From the NCBI GenBank assembly GCA_002633005.1, contig NMRA01000299.1, forward strand, positions 1 to 64,000: a stretch of DNA of 64,000 nucleotides, in the 5' to 3' direction. Shown piece by piece: positions 1 to 13,400 of this stretch. The translations under genes were made by a program, and so were the position numbers. Numbering within the stretch: the first letter of the stretch is position 1; each line of letters opens with the position of its first letter. The notes beneath the pieces are model-generated. The model did not search any database. It was not told where the DNA came from and saw only the letters and a program-made list of their open reading frames with translations. The stretch is from Phoronis australis (Eukaryota; Animalia; Phoronida).

Positions 1-563
1 ATCCACAATTCCCAACGGGAACCAGCCGACTCCGTGGGATGAAGAATAAATGGTTTAATCGCAAGATCTTCCATTTGTATCCTCGTTGCCAAAATGTTGT
101 GTTCGTAGAACCAGTAAAACAACACAGATGAGAGTAAAATACAATACGTCTATTCGCTTGGAGAACTAATACAAGAAGGGGACGAGCACGTGGCTTTTGG
201 GTATAAATACCACGTGACTATATTCTAAGGAAAACCACAAGCAGCATTGCCAATACACAACAAAGGCAAAAGTTGTCACTCTGTGCATGGCAATGAACAG
301 CTCAGTTGTGAATATGGCACACCAAAGATGATCCGTCTGTACTGTCAGCACCTGATAATTACTTCCGTCTTGCCCCTGGTTTGCGGCCACACAATGATAA
401 GTATTTGCTCTAGAATGAGTTACCTTACCTTGAGAAGGTGGAGTAAGTTGTCACAAGTAGGGCAAGTTGCTCTAGTTTAAATTGTGTCCAGACAGTCCCC
501 AAACCTATTGACAACTAGTTCCAGGAGTAACTTAATCTAAGGTCAGGCTATGTGTGAACGGCA

Positions 564-800
564 CTTAAGGATCCTCTCAAACCTTATTTACAAAATTGGC
601 CGTTTTTACAATATTTCACTTATGCCTAACAAAATACATTCTTGAGGAACTTCAAATATGAAATATATATGGTGTAGCGAGAAAAAAGATTTAGCAGAAC
701 CACCTTGGAACCGCGCAACTGCATGTAAATTTGTTTATTTCTTATCTGAGGTCAAAGGTTACAGGGTTGTCACTCAAATGAAATCTCCCGCCAGGCATAG
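564..800 (+). repeat. Dispersed repeat fragment; second copy at ~20371-20602
   Basis: cttaaggat...aaattggcc...ttagcagaaccacctt...aaaggttacag aligns by eye with 20371-20602. Confidence 0.7.
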
Positions 801-1230
801 GGCAGCCTCGTATGTTCTCTCAGTCCATTTATTCATAATTTTAGTCAGCGAGGTGTACATATGATAAAAAGATGCGGGGGGAGGGGGGGAATGAAGACAA
901 ACTTAGAAAATTCAAGCAATAGATGAGGTGGGTCATTGGGCGAGAGCTGACTTCTAAGTTTGACAATAAGCAGCTTTAGTCGACATTACATTAATTTATT
1001 TTAGCCAATGTTTTATTGTTTTGAAGTCATCACTAATGTGCATTTCTTTGCTCTACCAAAAAGAACCTTAGATCAACAATAAAGTGGCTTCTTGACAACA
1101 GTGGTTCTTGTACGATGAAGTGTAAGGAGTCGTGGCACCAACGACGTTTTTACTGAAGCTAGTGTAGTGCTCAGTCACTCAGCATGAAATGTGTTGTCTG
1201 CATGGTGCTAATGTGTTTATTATTTTCCAG

Positions 1231-1490
1231 CCAGTACTCAACACCTAGGCCAAGTACAACATCCTATTGGCTGGGTCTTACTGATGATGATGCAACTGCT
1301 GATCAGAGGCAGCTGACATGGGCGGATGGAAACTGGTTATTTGATAATGCAACATTTAAGCACTGGGGAACGAATGAACCAAATGAACTTGGCAAGAGCA
1401 GATACATGTTCAAAACGGATGACAGTTACAAGTGGTTTGACAGTGCAGATACTGCAACGTATGGTATAGTCTGTGAAAGGGTGCCATATG
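1231..1490 (+). CDS. Exon: C-terminal part of a C-type lectin domain
   Basis: ttttccag acceptor, gtgagt donor. YWLGLTD...LTWADG...FKHWGTNEPN...KWFD...GIVCE matches CTLD WIGL/EPN/WND motifs. Confidence 0.9.
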
Positions 1491-4400
1491 GTGAGTATAA
1501 TCAACCAAATGAACAGTTAATCCGCATTATTTTTTGTACTAAAAATGACAGATTTGAATGACATGCCTCTCCTATATATCTCGTAATTTCTGTTAGTTCC
1601 GTAAGAGTAATGCTTACACATTAGGTTGTTCTCCGCTCAAATACCAGACTTATGCTGGTTGTGAATATGTTATAACAGACTGGCTCCTGTAATGTTAACT
1701 GCCCAGTCACGAGCTGCAGTTTTTTTTTCTAGTATGACAGCAATTCATGCAGGTCCATTATCTAGCAAACTTCAAAGGGTTACTAAAACCATACTTTCAA
1801 CATCAAGTAATAAAGGTTTTCAACAACAACAGTGAATAAATGATGATAGCTGAGGTCTTGTTTTCTCAAGGTCCATTGTCAATAAGTATTTTATCAGCAT
1901 TGGGACTTGTTCCATGAAAGATTTAGCATCAGCTGGGAGTGGACTCCAGCAAGCATTATTAACTCTGAGATGTCAAAGTGCTCTTGAACTGGTTTGTTCA
2001 ATAAAGAAAAGTCGCTCCTTCCACTTGTTTTGAAAGAAGTTTCAACGTGCAGCTTTTGAGGATCACTAATTCTGTATTTACCCCAAAACATACGCATTCC
2101 TGAGGAACTGATGTCAGCGGCCCATTTCATTAAGCGCCATGCGCTTGTTTGTAGCTGGTTCTATGAGCGTGCAGAATACCTGCATGTTTTTATGGGAATA
2201 AAATGAACATTAACTACGTTTTCACAACCAAACACATTGATATCTTTCCGTTTTGGAGTAATCAGGCCAATTATGTGCGAAAATCGTAGCTATAGGAACC
2301 ACGTGACCTTAGCTTTGTATTCAATATGACCATGATGGTAATGCGCGTAACTTAAAATAGAACCAACACATGAGACATAATAACATTAAGTCCCCTGTAC
2401 TGTAAAAACAATGTACTAAGATCAAAATTATGTATCTTTGTCATGGATATAAACGTAATGAAATGACTGTGGTAATGTTCCTTATTACCCGACTGTGTAT
2501 GAACACAGTCAAAGCAAATGCATTCATTGGTATACATTCAGATAGAATAGATGTCTTAACTTCGCTTGTAGTTGGATGATTTTAGTGATTCAAAAACTAA
2601 ACACTGTCAGCATTTGACGAAGAATTCAAAAATGTAATTGGTTTGTGTTCAAACTTTTGTTTTTAACTGCACAACCCAGTCAAGCTACATATGATCTTAT
2701 CCGAGATTAGAGCAATTATTCAACAAAAGAGAGCTGGCCCTCAAAACTGAATGTCTTGTGGAGTATGAAAATGCCGTTGAAGTCCGTGCAAACTTTTGCA
2801 TGCTATAAACATTCCCACTAAATAAGATTGGTCCTAACCCCACTTGTCAAGGTAAACGGTGGGGTTTGGAAAATTGAACTAGACCGTATTTATCCACCTT
2901 GGCTGAGTCGCGCTCGGCTTACGATCAAAAGGATGCCGCCAAGCTGCTCTATTCATCAAGTCACGAGCGAGCATTGGCGGATCTATGTTTTCAGTACGGG
3001 GGGTTTAGGATTCCCGCAAAGGTCGAATCCGAGGCGCGTGACGCCGAGCGGGGAGGGGGGTAAGGCCGGGTAAACCCCCTCCCGTGTAAGACAACTTTTT
3101 GTTTTTATAGCCAAACAGTGAAATTTCCATGCATCCTGGTACGTTTCTGGCACTTAACATGTCCCTGGAGTTTTTCTTAAGATAATTAAAAACCATTCTC
3201 GATTTCGTCACATGAACTTGGCTCACAAGTTTCGTGAAACCATATTTGTGCACGTTTGGGTATGAGTCACGCCACCAACAAAAATTTTTGTTGGAACATC
3301 GGCTTACACACACCTTTTTAGCATACGAAAAAGTGTGGTGTGTATACAGCGGTTTAGACACTTACCAAATATTCAAGAGCATAAGGAGCACCGACGGGGC
3401 GTAAAATCTTGAATATCAGATGATCGCAACAGCCTCAAGCTGTTTAAGAACGAAGACCTGTACTGTTAGTCCGGAAATAAACACGTGTTCTGTCTCGTTA
3501 CGAGAAAAACTGGCGAACGACGGTGCTCTTAGCTCATAGTCTATTATTAAAAGTGACAATAAACAATTACAGTAAGTATCACTTTATTAAGCTGAATAAC
3601 GTTGACAACAATTGAAAAACGTCAAATGTATAAGGAAACAAATCATCTGAAAATAGTTTCACGAAACCAAAACATCGTGTGCACCATCACGAGACCTAAA
3701 GAGTACTTTGCAAAACATTTTGAATTGAAAACTTCTATCTAGACACTTTTTAATCCCCAGTGGTTGCTCATACGTGTAGTTTACACATCTGCGAGAGGTT
3801 GTCTAGGAAGGGTTTTCGCACCGTTCTGTAGTAACCGGTACTCCCTGGAAGAAACAAGTATTGAGTACAGATTTAACTACGCTCTATGTGAAATAGATTT
3901 TGGATATGAAGCAGATAGACTCAAGTGGAAATACAAACCAGAATCAGTTTCTGTGCGCTGGTAGACCCTCTGCTGTACTGGGTAAATCTGGCATGTCCAA
4001 AAATAATTTCTATTTGGTTTTCATTATACACAAGCATAAAAACTGACATTATTACAAACTGTAGAATTATATAACTTATTACCTGGGTGTTTCTCCAGGA
4101 ACATTGGTCCTATCTTTCTGTTGTCTAGGCTGCCGAGGAATCTGTATATCGGATCCAATGGTTTGCTCGTCTTGGAACCATTCTACCCAGACATATTTGA
4201 TGTTTGTTCCCAATACTTGCACTTCGTTAACTGCTCTGTCAATGAGCTTGTACGCCTCTACAATGTCATCTCGTTTCGCAGCTCAGTTGGCACTAAGCCC
4301 CCTGAGGTTACCAAGTCCATTCAAAAGACTTAGAGCATGCGCAACTAAATTTGATCCGTTCATCACGGACTACTTCAAACCTTGACGATGTATCCCAGAA

Positions 4401-7400
4401 CCCCTTTGTATCTCTTGCAATTTTCGAAATAAACGTCCCAATGTCTGAACGCTTGAAACCTGAAGTACTAACATCAAATAAATGCCCATGGGCATGGGCG
4501 TTTCGTCTGGTGAGCCTTTCTGCGGAAATTCCCAGTATAGAAAATGGCAGTGGTGCTTATTGCAGGTAAGAAAGACGGTAGGTGTTGAGGACGGCACTTC
4601 GGGCTCCTTAGGAGGCCTATTGAACGTCGCACGAGTCCCGCAAGACTTTGTTATGAAAATACAGCCTCCCAGCAAATTTCTGGTACTGTACACTGTTCGC
4701 GAATGCGGTCACTTTGTCAATGTGAGTGCCCCCTTGGTCATTCCTTGTATAGACATAACTTGTTAAAGTACATCTTCAAACAGACTCGCGACCAGACCAC
4801 GGCGCCCGCCACAATAGCAATTCTTCGGAAAACAAGTTTTTTTCAAAAGTATTACATGAACATGTACACTGTATGATACTGCATAAGACAATTTTACTAT
4901 ACACCAGTTACAAACGTGTGAAGTGTAATAGCATGACACGGCATGACAGATGAGGTAAAAACGTTGCACGTCAATCCGCCTGAATATCAGGGTTGCGGCA
5001 CCACAGTATTTCCCCTAATCAAATCAAAACATATCTTAGAGTAAAGAAACTAGTTACCTAAAGAAATCAACTATAGAGCTGCTCTTTCAGCGGTGTATCC
5101 ATCTAAAATGCTTGGCTAGTCTACTTCAGAAGTGTCGACGGAAGAGCGTGCACATTTTATCTCCCGGGTTTTGCCGATGAGCCATGAAGACTCGAAATGC
5201 GTTGATTTTCATAACAGCAATTCACAATGCAAAAAAAAAACATATTTTCAGACTGAACTCCCACCTCCTTTTTTTCCAAGTTGGTTTACTTGGGGTTTAC
5301 ACACGCTGGCGGTGCCGTTTTTGTTTTGCTGGAGACGTTTTTTTTTTTAATTTTGGGTCCTGGCCCGAGGGGGGAGTTTAAACCCCCTGAACCCCCCCGT
5401 AGATCCGCCACTGGCGAGGATAATTGGCTTCGCTCATGCGGATATGATCAGCTGATTACAATCTAGCTAGCAGACTGTACTTTTTATGGAGAGAGTTTTA
5501 CGTAGTTTTTACTGTTTGTTATATTTGAAAAGAGGAGCGAAAACAAATATGAGTACAACTTGAATTTTTCAAATCAGCACAGGATAAGAGATTTTGCAAC
5601 ACAGCAACACTCACGATTACTTTCATTCGGCGCGCATGAATACAAAAATATAGGACCCAAGTTATTTAGATTTGGAACACATGCACTGCAATATTCAAAA
5701 TACGTTTATTATGAATCTTACAAGCTGTAAAACGACGTTGTTTAATTTCATTGTGCTCATTCACTGGACATTCAGCATGACAAAATCACCAATCCAAAAA
5801 CAAAATAGTCGACTTTGACCACCCTACTCATAGGACCTGAGCTACGAGCAAATGTACGGCTTTTCATAATGAAACGGGCTGCTGGGATACGTTTCACAGT
5901 AATGCATACTTTTTTGGGTAAATCCAGAACTTAAGTGATCCTAAAAAGCCGCACAACATAGCTCCTTTCAAAACAAATGGGTGGAGCGGCTTTTCTTTAC
6001 TTAAAAGACTTAAGCTCGAGAACACCTCGAAGCTTGCTAGAGTCCTGCTCCCAGTTAGCTGAAGCCATACCTTTCATGGAACAAGTCCTATACCAATCCT
6101 ATTGATAAACCAAGAAAACATGACCTGAGCTACCATCTCATTTATTCATTGTTGTTGATCTGTTACCCAATGTGGAAAGTAGTTGTGCATGGTTTCAGTA
6201 ACCCTTTGAAGCATAGTAGATGGTAAAGTAGGGCGCAAGCTCATCACATAGATATTGGTAGATTAAGGCGTATGTATTGTTCACTTTGTTTTTCTTTCTG
6301 ATAATAAAGATAATGGTAAGCATTTAGTCAGTAATTGTCTGATGGGTGTCCAAGGTACTATATCTGTTTGACCTGTATTGTTATATCCAAGAAGGGTGCA
6401 ACAAAGGAAAACAATACTAGCGTCCCATAGGCAATAATCACGCGATGCGCTCATACCCCCCCCCCCGTAGCATGGATCTCGCAAGTTGAACATTAACTTG
6501 CGAAATCCGTACATCATTTGGCGTGGGTGGCCTGGCTGTTGTCACACCAGACAAAAGACATGCTGGGCTGCTAACAAAGGAGCAAGATGTTATCACATGT
6601 TCACAACCTCAAATGAAGGTACTGCAGCTATAAGATGCATTTTTGTCTTGAGCATAATTTGGACCAAATGTGCTGCTGTAATATGCAAGCTATATAGTCT
6701 GATTTTCAGTTTTTACCTTTCAGCACTTTCAAATATTAACTGTGGTGATCCAGGCACTGTGGCAAATGCCTTAAAAAGTGGTTCAGATTACACCGGTCTC
6801 AAAACTGTAACGTACTCTTGCAACTCTGGCTATTCTTTGACGTCAGGGAACCTCAACAGGACATGTTTAGTGTCTGGGGCATGGTCAGGAGCACCCCCTG
6901 TGTGTGACATAGGCAAGTGAGTGTTGTGGCTTATCAGCAGATGTCTGTCACAGTTATCAGCGACCACTTGTGTTACATTTAAGACACTGCATCTCATTTT
7001 CCTACCAGCAACTTTGAATGTTTCTTATTGGTTGGGATTACAATAGGCACTGTAATTCCATAGAGACTGGACTTTTGTGACTGGCTTCTTTGGGATCAGA
7101 GTTCCTGGAGAATAGGCTTGTCATTGGTCTCTAGAAGCATGTAGATGTAAAAAGTCACTTACTTAGAGACGTGGTTGGTTGTTAGCAAATGTTTCGACCT
7201 GGTCCGCCAGGCCTTTGTCGATGAATGAGGGATTTCCCGCATTTTGCTGGTTAAGAATGCTGAAATGTGTATCTGATCAGTAGCTGCTTCCTGTTTAAGT
7301 CAATTCCTTCCCACCCATGTAGACACTGCCGACTGTCAAAACTACATCTGTTATTGAAAATTGAACCTTTTCATTGTTTGAATGACAAAAATCAGTGAAC

Positions 7401-10400
7401 TGCTGCAGTGGAAAAGAGAAATAATATGCTTGGCAACTGCTGTTTCTTTGTTGATATGTCTCAACCTCTATTGTGTAATCTAATGAGCACACACTGCTTA
7501 TCAGAGTGATCTTAATACCCCCAAAAATGGAGTGAAGTTTGAATGGGGGTCAGCTCCTCATGTTGTTTTTATGCATCAACAGGAAACATTATAGGTGTGT
7601 GTGTGTGTGTGTAGCTGACATCCTGGCTGTTGTTAGTTTTCTTGTCAAATCACTGGATGGAACTTGCTGAAAATTGCTTTGGTGTCATAAGGACGGGAGC
7701 ATGCAGAAGTAGTCATTCGTCAGGTGAATTTAACACCACAGCACACATGTTGGCCAAGTTGGTTTCCATCAATATTATATTTATAGTTTTTGCTGTCAAT
7801 TATTGTGAGACTGTCGTCCGTCACGAACGGTTTGATTGTAACTTACATGCCATTAAAAGGTAGTCAGTGGGAGGATTGTACAGCCACAGTGTCTGTCGAT
7901 TTTTGTTATTGAAATGGCCTGACATAATTTTATGAAATTTCGGTTACGGCAGACATATCTGGCAAAGCAATGCCAGCACCATCACTGTCATTTTATTTTT
8001 TGTGTGCCTGTTATTTTCCAACATGATAGGATCATTAATGCTACCGACATTCCCGTGAATGCACTGAATAATTGCAGATAAAATGGCTTCTTTTCTTTTA
8101 GCTCAAGCTGTTGATTGTGGAGATCCTGGTCAAGTGATTAATGCCATCAAAAGTGGCACCAGCTACACAACACCAAACACTGTTACATACACATGTAACG
8201 TGGGCTTCACTGCCGCGGGTGGAGCCTTGACGCGTCAGTGTCAATCATCAGGATTGTGGTCAGGAGTGCCACCTGTTTGTATTGGTAAATAATTTGATTG
8301 TTGCATATTAATTGTTATCTACTCTGTTAAATTGATGTAGGACCTTAGAAAAGTATCCAAATTTGGCCAACTTGAAAACAGAAATGTCTCGCCAGTGGCT
8401 GATAGGATTGCAATGAAACTTTCAGATACTATGCTTTAAGCACTTTTGTCCAAGATGCTGTAAGCAAATGTTTTTAAAACGCTCTTTTGTTTGAATGGCA
8501 AAAAAACAAATGCTGCATAGTACAAGTAGAAAACTGTAAAAAGCAATATTCAAATGAAATTTGGTCACGTTATTGATGCCATTGCTTTGCTATGAATGAA
8601 CCTCTTTTTCATAAAATTTTACCAAAAAGACATGATCATACGTCCCGATTAGTGGGAGATTGGTAAAAAAATAAAAAAAAATCAAATTCTACAGGCTTTC
8701 CACTCACAGAAATAAAGAATCCTATTCTAGTCTCAGGTTTATGACATGGGCAAAACTGCTTGTAGCAAATATTCAAGTTAGAATCACAGGTGTCCTCGGC
8801 TTCTGATCGTCCCCAGTACACTAAATATATTACTACAAGATATGACATTCGAGGCAAGGAATGCCACGGGTGCTTCACATCAGCCGTCCATGTTAAACAC
8901 AAAACTCAATAAATTTAGACAAAACAGGGTTTCAACAAACCATTAGCAAAATTATTGTTCTTTCTTCTTATACCATTCACAGGGTCCTGCTCTAGCAAGA
9001 TCCCAACAAATTCATAGTCAAAGCACAAAAAGGTTCGCAAAAAGCCCACACATCGGTCCTCCTTTGACGGTTCGAGGTCAAGTACGGTGCGAAATTATTC
9101 GATGAGTTACAGATGAACGGCAATTGCCGATTCGTCACGGAAGGTTACGAAATGGTCTGGCTTAAGTGTGGAGCTATCAATGACATGACACTCCGTGTCA
9201 AATCAGCAATAGCGACCTACGGTACATACAGTGATTGAAATGAACTGTAAACCCATCAGAGTAACCTCAAGTTTGCACCTCGTGTTTATGAATGCCAGCC
9301 CATCTTTTCTGGTGGGTAGTGGCCTTCAGCGATGGTTTCTCGTCAGCTCACTATCTTTGTCTCTTCATGGGGCCTTCAATCTGAACAGTCAACTTTAAAG
9401 AAAGACAGAATATAAAATACAATTACTGTCTGGTAATTGTTCAATGTACAAGTCTTTGATAACACGTGATGTGAATGGACATGTAATACTGATTGTGTTT
9501 AGCTCACATGGCAATCAATGCGTTTCTAGGTTGGGTGTTTTCCAAACAAAATTTATCCTTGATGCCATGCAATTGAACTCGGGATTTTTGAATGCTTAGT
9601 TTTTTGAAATAGTTGATTTCCACACTAACTTATGCTTCCAGCCTGTATACACAAAATCTCGATTATGGAAAAAATCTGCTAAAAGACTCGCATGAACAGC
9701 CCTCTTATGATAGTGAAACTCAGCAATAGATGGTAGTTAGGTTACCTGCTGACTGTTTTTCATTATCACCTTCTCATTTGAAGGTGCATTGACACATTCT
9801 GCATCCCTTAACTATCCCTTTCTATCAACGGTTCTCCCATCGAGAATGTTGACAAGTTTAAGTACTTGGGCCTTATTTTAGATCCCAATCTTAAATTTAA
9901 TATGCACATAGATCATATCACAAAGAAATTATCAAAGAAAATCGGTGTACTTAAACGTCTAAGCAAATTTCTTAATGTCCGTACCCTTAAGACCCTTTAC
10001 CATTGTATTATTCAGCCTCATATTGATTATTGTTTACCGGTTTGGGGGCACACTAGTGACACACTTGTAAACAAAGTCCAAGTAATCCAAAATAGAGCCG
10101 CCAGGGCTATCCTGGGTACTAAAATTAGGGACACTAGGGTTGACGACTTGTACTCCAAGCTGGGATTTATGAAAGTAAGACAAAGAAATAAATATCTCTC
10201 TGCCTGTTGTATATACAGATGTATCAATGGCTTGGCTCCAGCATATCTCAGCAGTAAATTCAATAGCAGTCAGGCTGTATATTCTACACGTTCTTCTGTT
10301 GCTGGCAATGTTTCTTCTAAAAAAATTAAAACCGAGACTGGCAAGAGATCTTTTATCTATGCAGCTGCTATAATATGGAATTCTTTTAGCCCAGAAATTA

Positions 10401-13400
10401 AACGGTCCAACTCAATTACTACCTTTAAAGTTAATGTTAAAAAGTGGCTGTAATTTACTTAACCTTTTATACCCTGCCTATCTTAATCATGTCATTTTTT
10501 CATTGTCGTAAATACTCTCATTGTCTAGAGTCATCTCTTAATTTATTTCATCTGTCTTAGTTAATTTTTTACCATTATTTGTCATTTAGTTATTGTCTTA
10601 ATTCTCAACCTTAACTGTTTTAATTGTATCTTTGTTACGTATATTTCGTTGTTGTTTTATTACTTCATTGTATTATATTACTGTTTTTCTTGTTGAGGGC
10701 CCTCTTGGAAAGCAGTGCTATCACTGAAGAGGCCACCCTCATTTTAAATATCACAATAATAAATAATAAATTAAGTGGTCCTTTTTGTTTTATATGACTT
10801 TTGTCTTTAATTATTGTCCTCCTCAATATCCGTCAACTACTCTGCCTCTCTATCTGCCAAACCTGAAGAAACATCTCATGTTTTTGAAATGAGTACAGCT
10901 GATTTGATTTTTTGATGGTCGAACGCCTGCGGTGCCATCTAGTGGCAATTTAGGTTTTCTTTGTGTTATGCCTCCATATCTATCAAGTTCCTTGGTGAAA
11001 CAACTAAATCTTAAGGAAACAATGACGTTGCCACATACGCCTGTGAAGGAAGTTGCTCTCACTTTTCAACATTCAGAGCAAGGTTCAATTTGAACGTCAT
11101 CAATGAAGTCAATAAATAAATATGTATTGGAATGTGAAATATTACACAAAGTGGTAACCTGCATTATCAAGATCACAAATTTGTCAATAATTTCACTTGT
11201 GATATCCAGATTTACTTCTGTCTAGACCCTGAAGATGAAGTTTCCTTGACGACCACCTTGTCATTGGGTCTTGTCGTCACGGCTTCATCAACTCACACCT
11301 GTTGCTCAACAAACCAGTCATTGTACAACTCTTCTGGAGCCTGGTGCGCTCACAATGGCTCTAATTCCGACGACTTCCTTCAGCTGGACCTTGGTCAAGT
11401 GGTCACTGTGGTCAAGCTAGTTACTAAGGTAATCAAACCAATATGTCTCCTGTAAAAAATCAATTTTGTAGTGATGATTATATGTTGCTATGAGCATGGA
11501 TTCAGTTTCACTTTTGTCTTTGTCATTGCGACATCATTGTAGATTTTTGTAGGTCAGAAACATCAGTTTGGTGAATCCTGCATATGATTTATACCTTAAA
11601 GTATTTTTATGCACCCATGTCTGAATGTCACATACAATGACAGAGAGAGCAATATGGTATTGCTCTCCCTGTCATTTTGAGAGATCCATTTTTCATTTGG
11701 GTCGTTTTCTGTTCCAATATCTTTCTAAAGTTTGGAAGACCTTTTTGTTCATAAAGTGGATGGCATGCGCCAAATATAAATCAAAATTCTGCCATGTTCC
11801 TCTTGTTTTTTGCTCTAAATTTTGGAATTTAAAAGTCAACATGGAAGTGATGATATCAATATAATTTTTGGGTTGATTTCTACTTACGGACTGCACCCTG
11901 AATAGTCACAGTTTTCATTATTTACCTATATTTTAATCAGTCCAGCCACAGGAATGATCTTCAGTTTATGAACTTTTATTATTAGCAGGATGTGCTTTTA
12001 TTGTGACATAAAATCTCATATTAACAGATTTTAAAATGCTTGATAAAAATCTTGGTGTCTGCAAATTTGTTAACTACAACTGCAGCAGCTTCTCATCACC
12101 AATTGTGACTCAAGTTTCTTTTCTGGCATCAATAGCATGTTTCATATCTTGCACATTATTTTGCTCCCTTGGAGATTTGAAATCTTCCTGTTGTTAGTAT
12201 AATATAATTGCTTTGCCTGAAAGTGATGACCACCCATTATAGTGGGATACCGTTTGTGCTTTACCAGTGTGTTTGATTAACTTTGGGTTGTTTTGGTTAT
12301 GTCTAACTTGTGTTTTCAGGGTAAAGCTGATGAAGATAGTTGGACTAAGACCATGGAGATATCAACGTCTTTAGATGGAAGCACATTTCTGTGTGTTTCA
12401 GACTCAGGTGGATGCTTTACTGTAAGTAGTTAGACTAGAATGTTTTTTTTTTAATTTTTAACTCCACCATAGGCCGTAACACATGGACCGCCAATTCCGT
12501 ATATTTTCAGTGGATGAAATCTGTAATCATACACAGTAGCCATGACGTCACTATTTACTGATGGCACCTGAATTGTTATCAAGTCTTACTTCCAGCAAGT
12601 AAGTTGTCTGCTCATTTGGTCACGATTTGGATTGGAGATTTTGCCGAGCTCACATCTGTGTTATAATAATTTGCACGCTCATAAAATGTTAACTTTTTAA
12701 ATAAAGCTCATACTAATACTCCAGAAGTAACCACCAGGCCTACTCAAAATCTATCTCGCTCTTCAACAGCGGTGCTCATACTCTGGACATTTCATTTTAA
12801 GCTTGAATGCAAGCTGCTCAAACTCTCTGACGATCTTAGTCTGAGGGCCCCCATGGAAAGCAGGGGATTACCCTCATCGTAAATAAAATGCAAAATAAAA
12901 ATAAAATGAAATAAAAATAAGTATACTGTACTCTATGAAAATACCACCAGCTAACCAGTTTCTTCTTTGCAAACATAGAACATTAAAGGGGTGTGAAAGT
13001 TGTTTTATACAATTATAAGGTCAAATTTTTGTAATACAAATACGGTAAATTTTTTTAAATTTTCCCTTAAGTCTTAATATTTCCGAAATAATGTTTTTCA
13101 AATGAAAATTCTATAACAAATAAAATTCTTTGCCCTATTTAGGAAAGTCCTATTCCACTTCAGAATCTAAATTATGCACCAATCGTACTAAATATAGGCC
13201 TAACGAAAGGGTCCTGTGTGCAAAAGATACTAAGTTGAAATGCTGGATTGGTTCTGCAGATGCAACCTTGAGAAAACTGGCTCACAAAAATTTGTGAGAT
13301 ATTTTTGTCAGGTATAAATAACGTCACAGACACACTTCTACCCTGAAAATATGACAGTCCATCGGAAAACTGGAGAATCCACCAAAATTGCCAATGATGA

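Noticed and set aside
183-216. TATA box flanked by two CACGTG E-boxes as a promoter
   Set aside because: It lies within an intron of the gene, since the first visible exon begins mid-domain. No supporting start exon or signal peptide was found.
1184-1230. ORF start MKCVVCMVLMCLLFSS as a signal peptide
   Set aside because: It overlaps the polypyrimidine tract and acceptor, and the N-terminal half of the CTLD would be missing.
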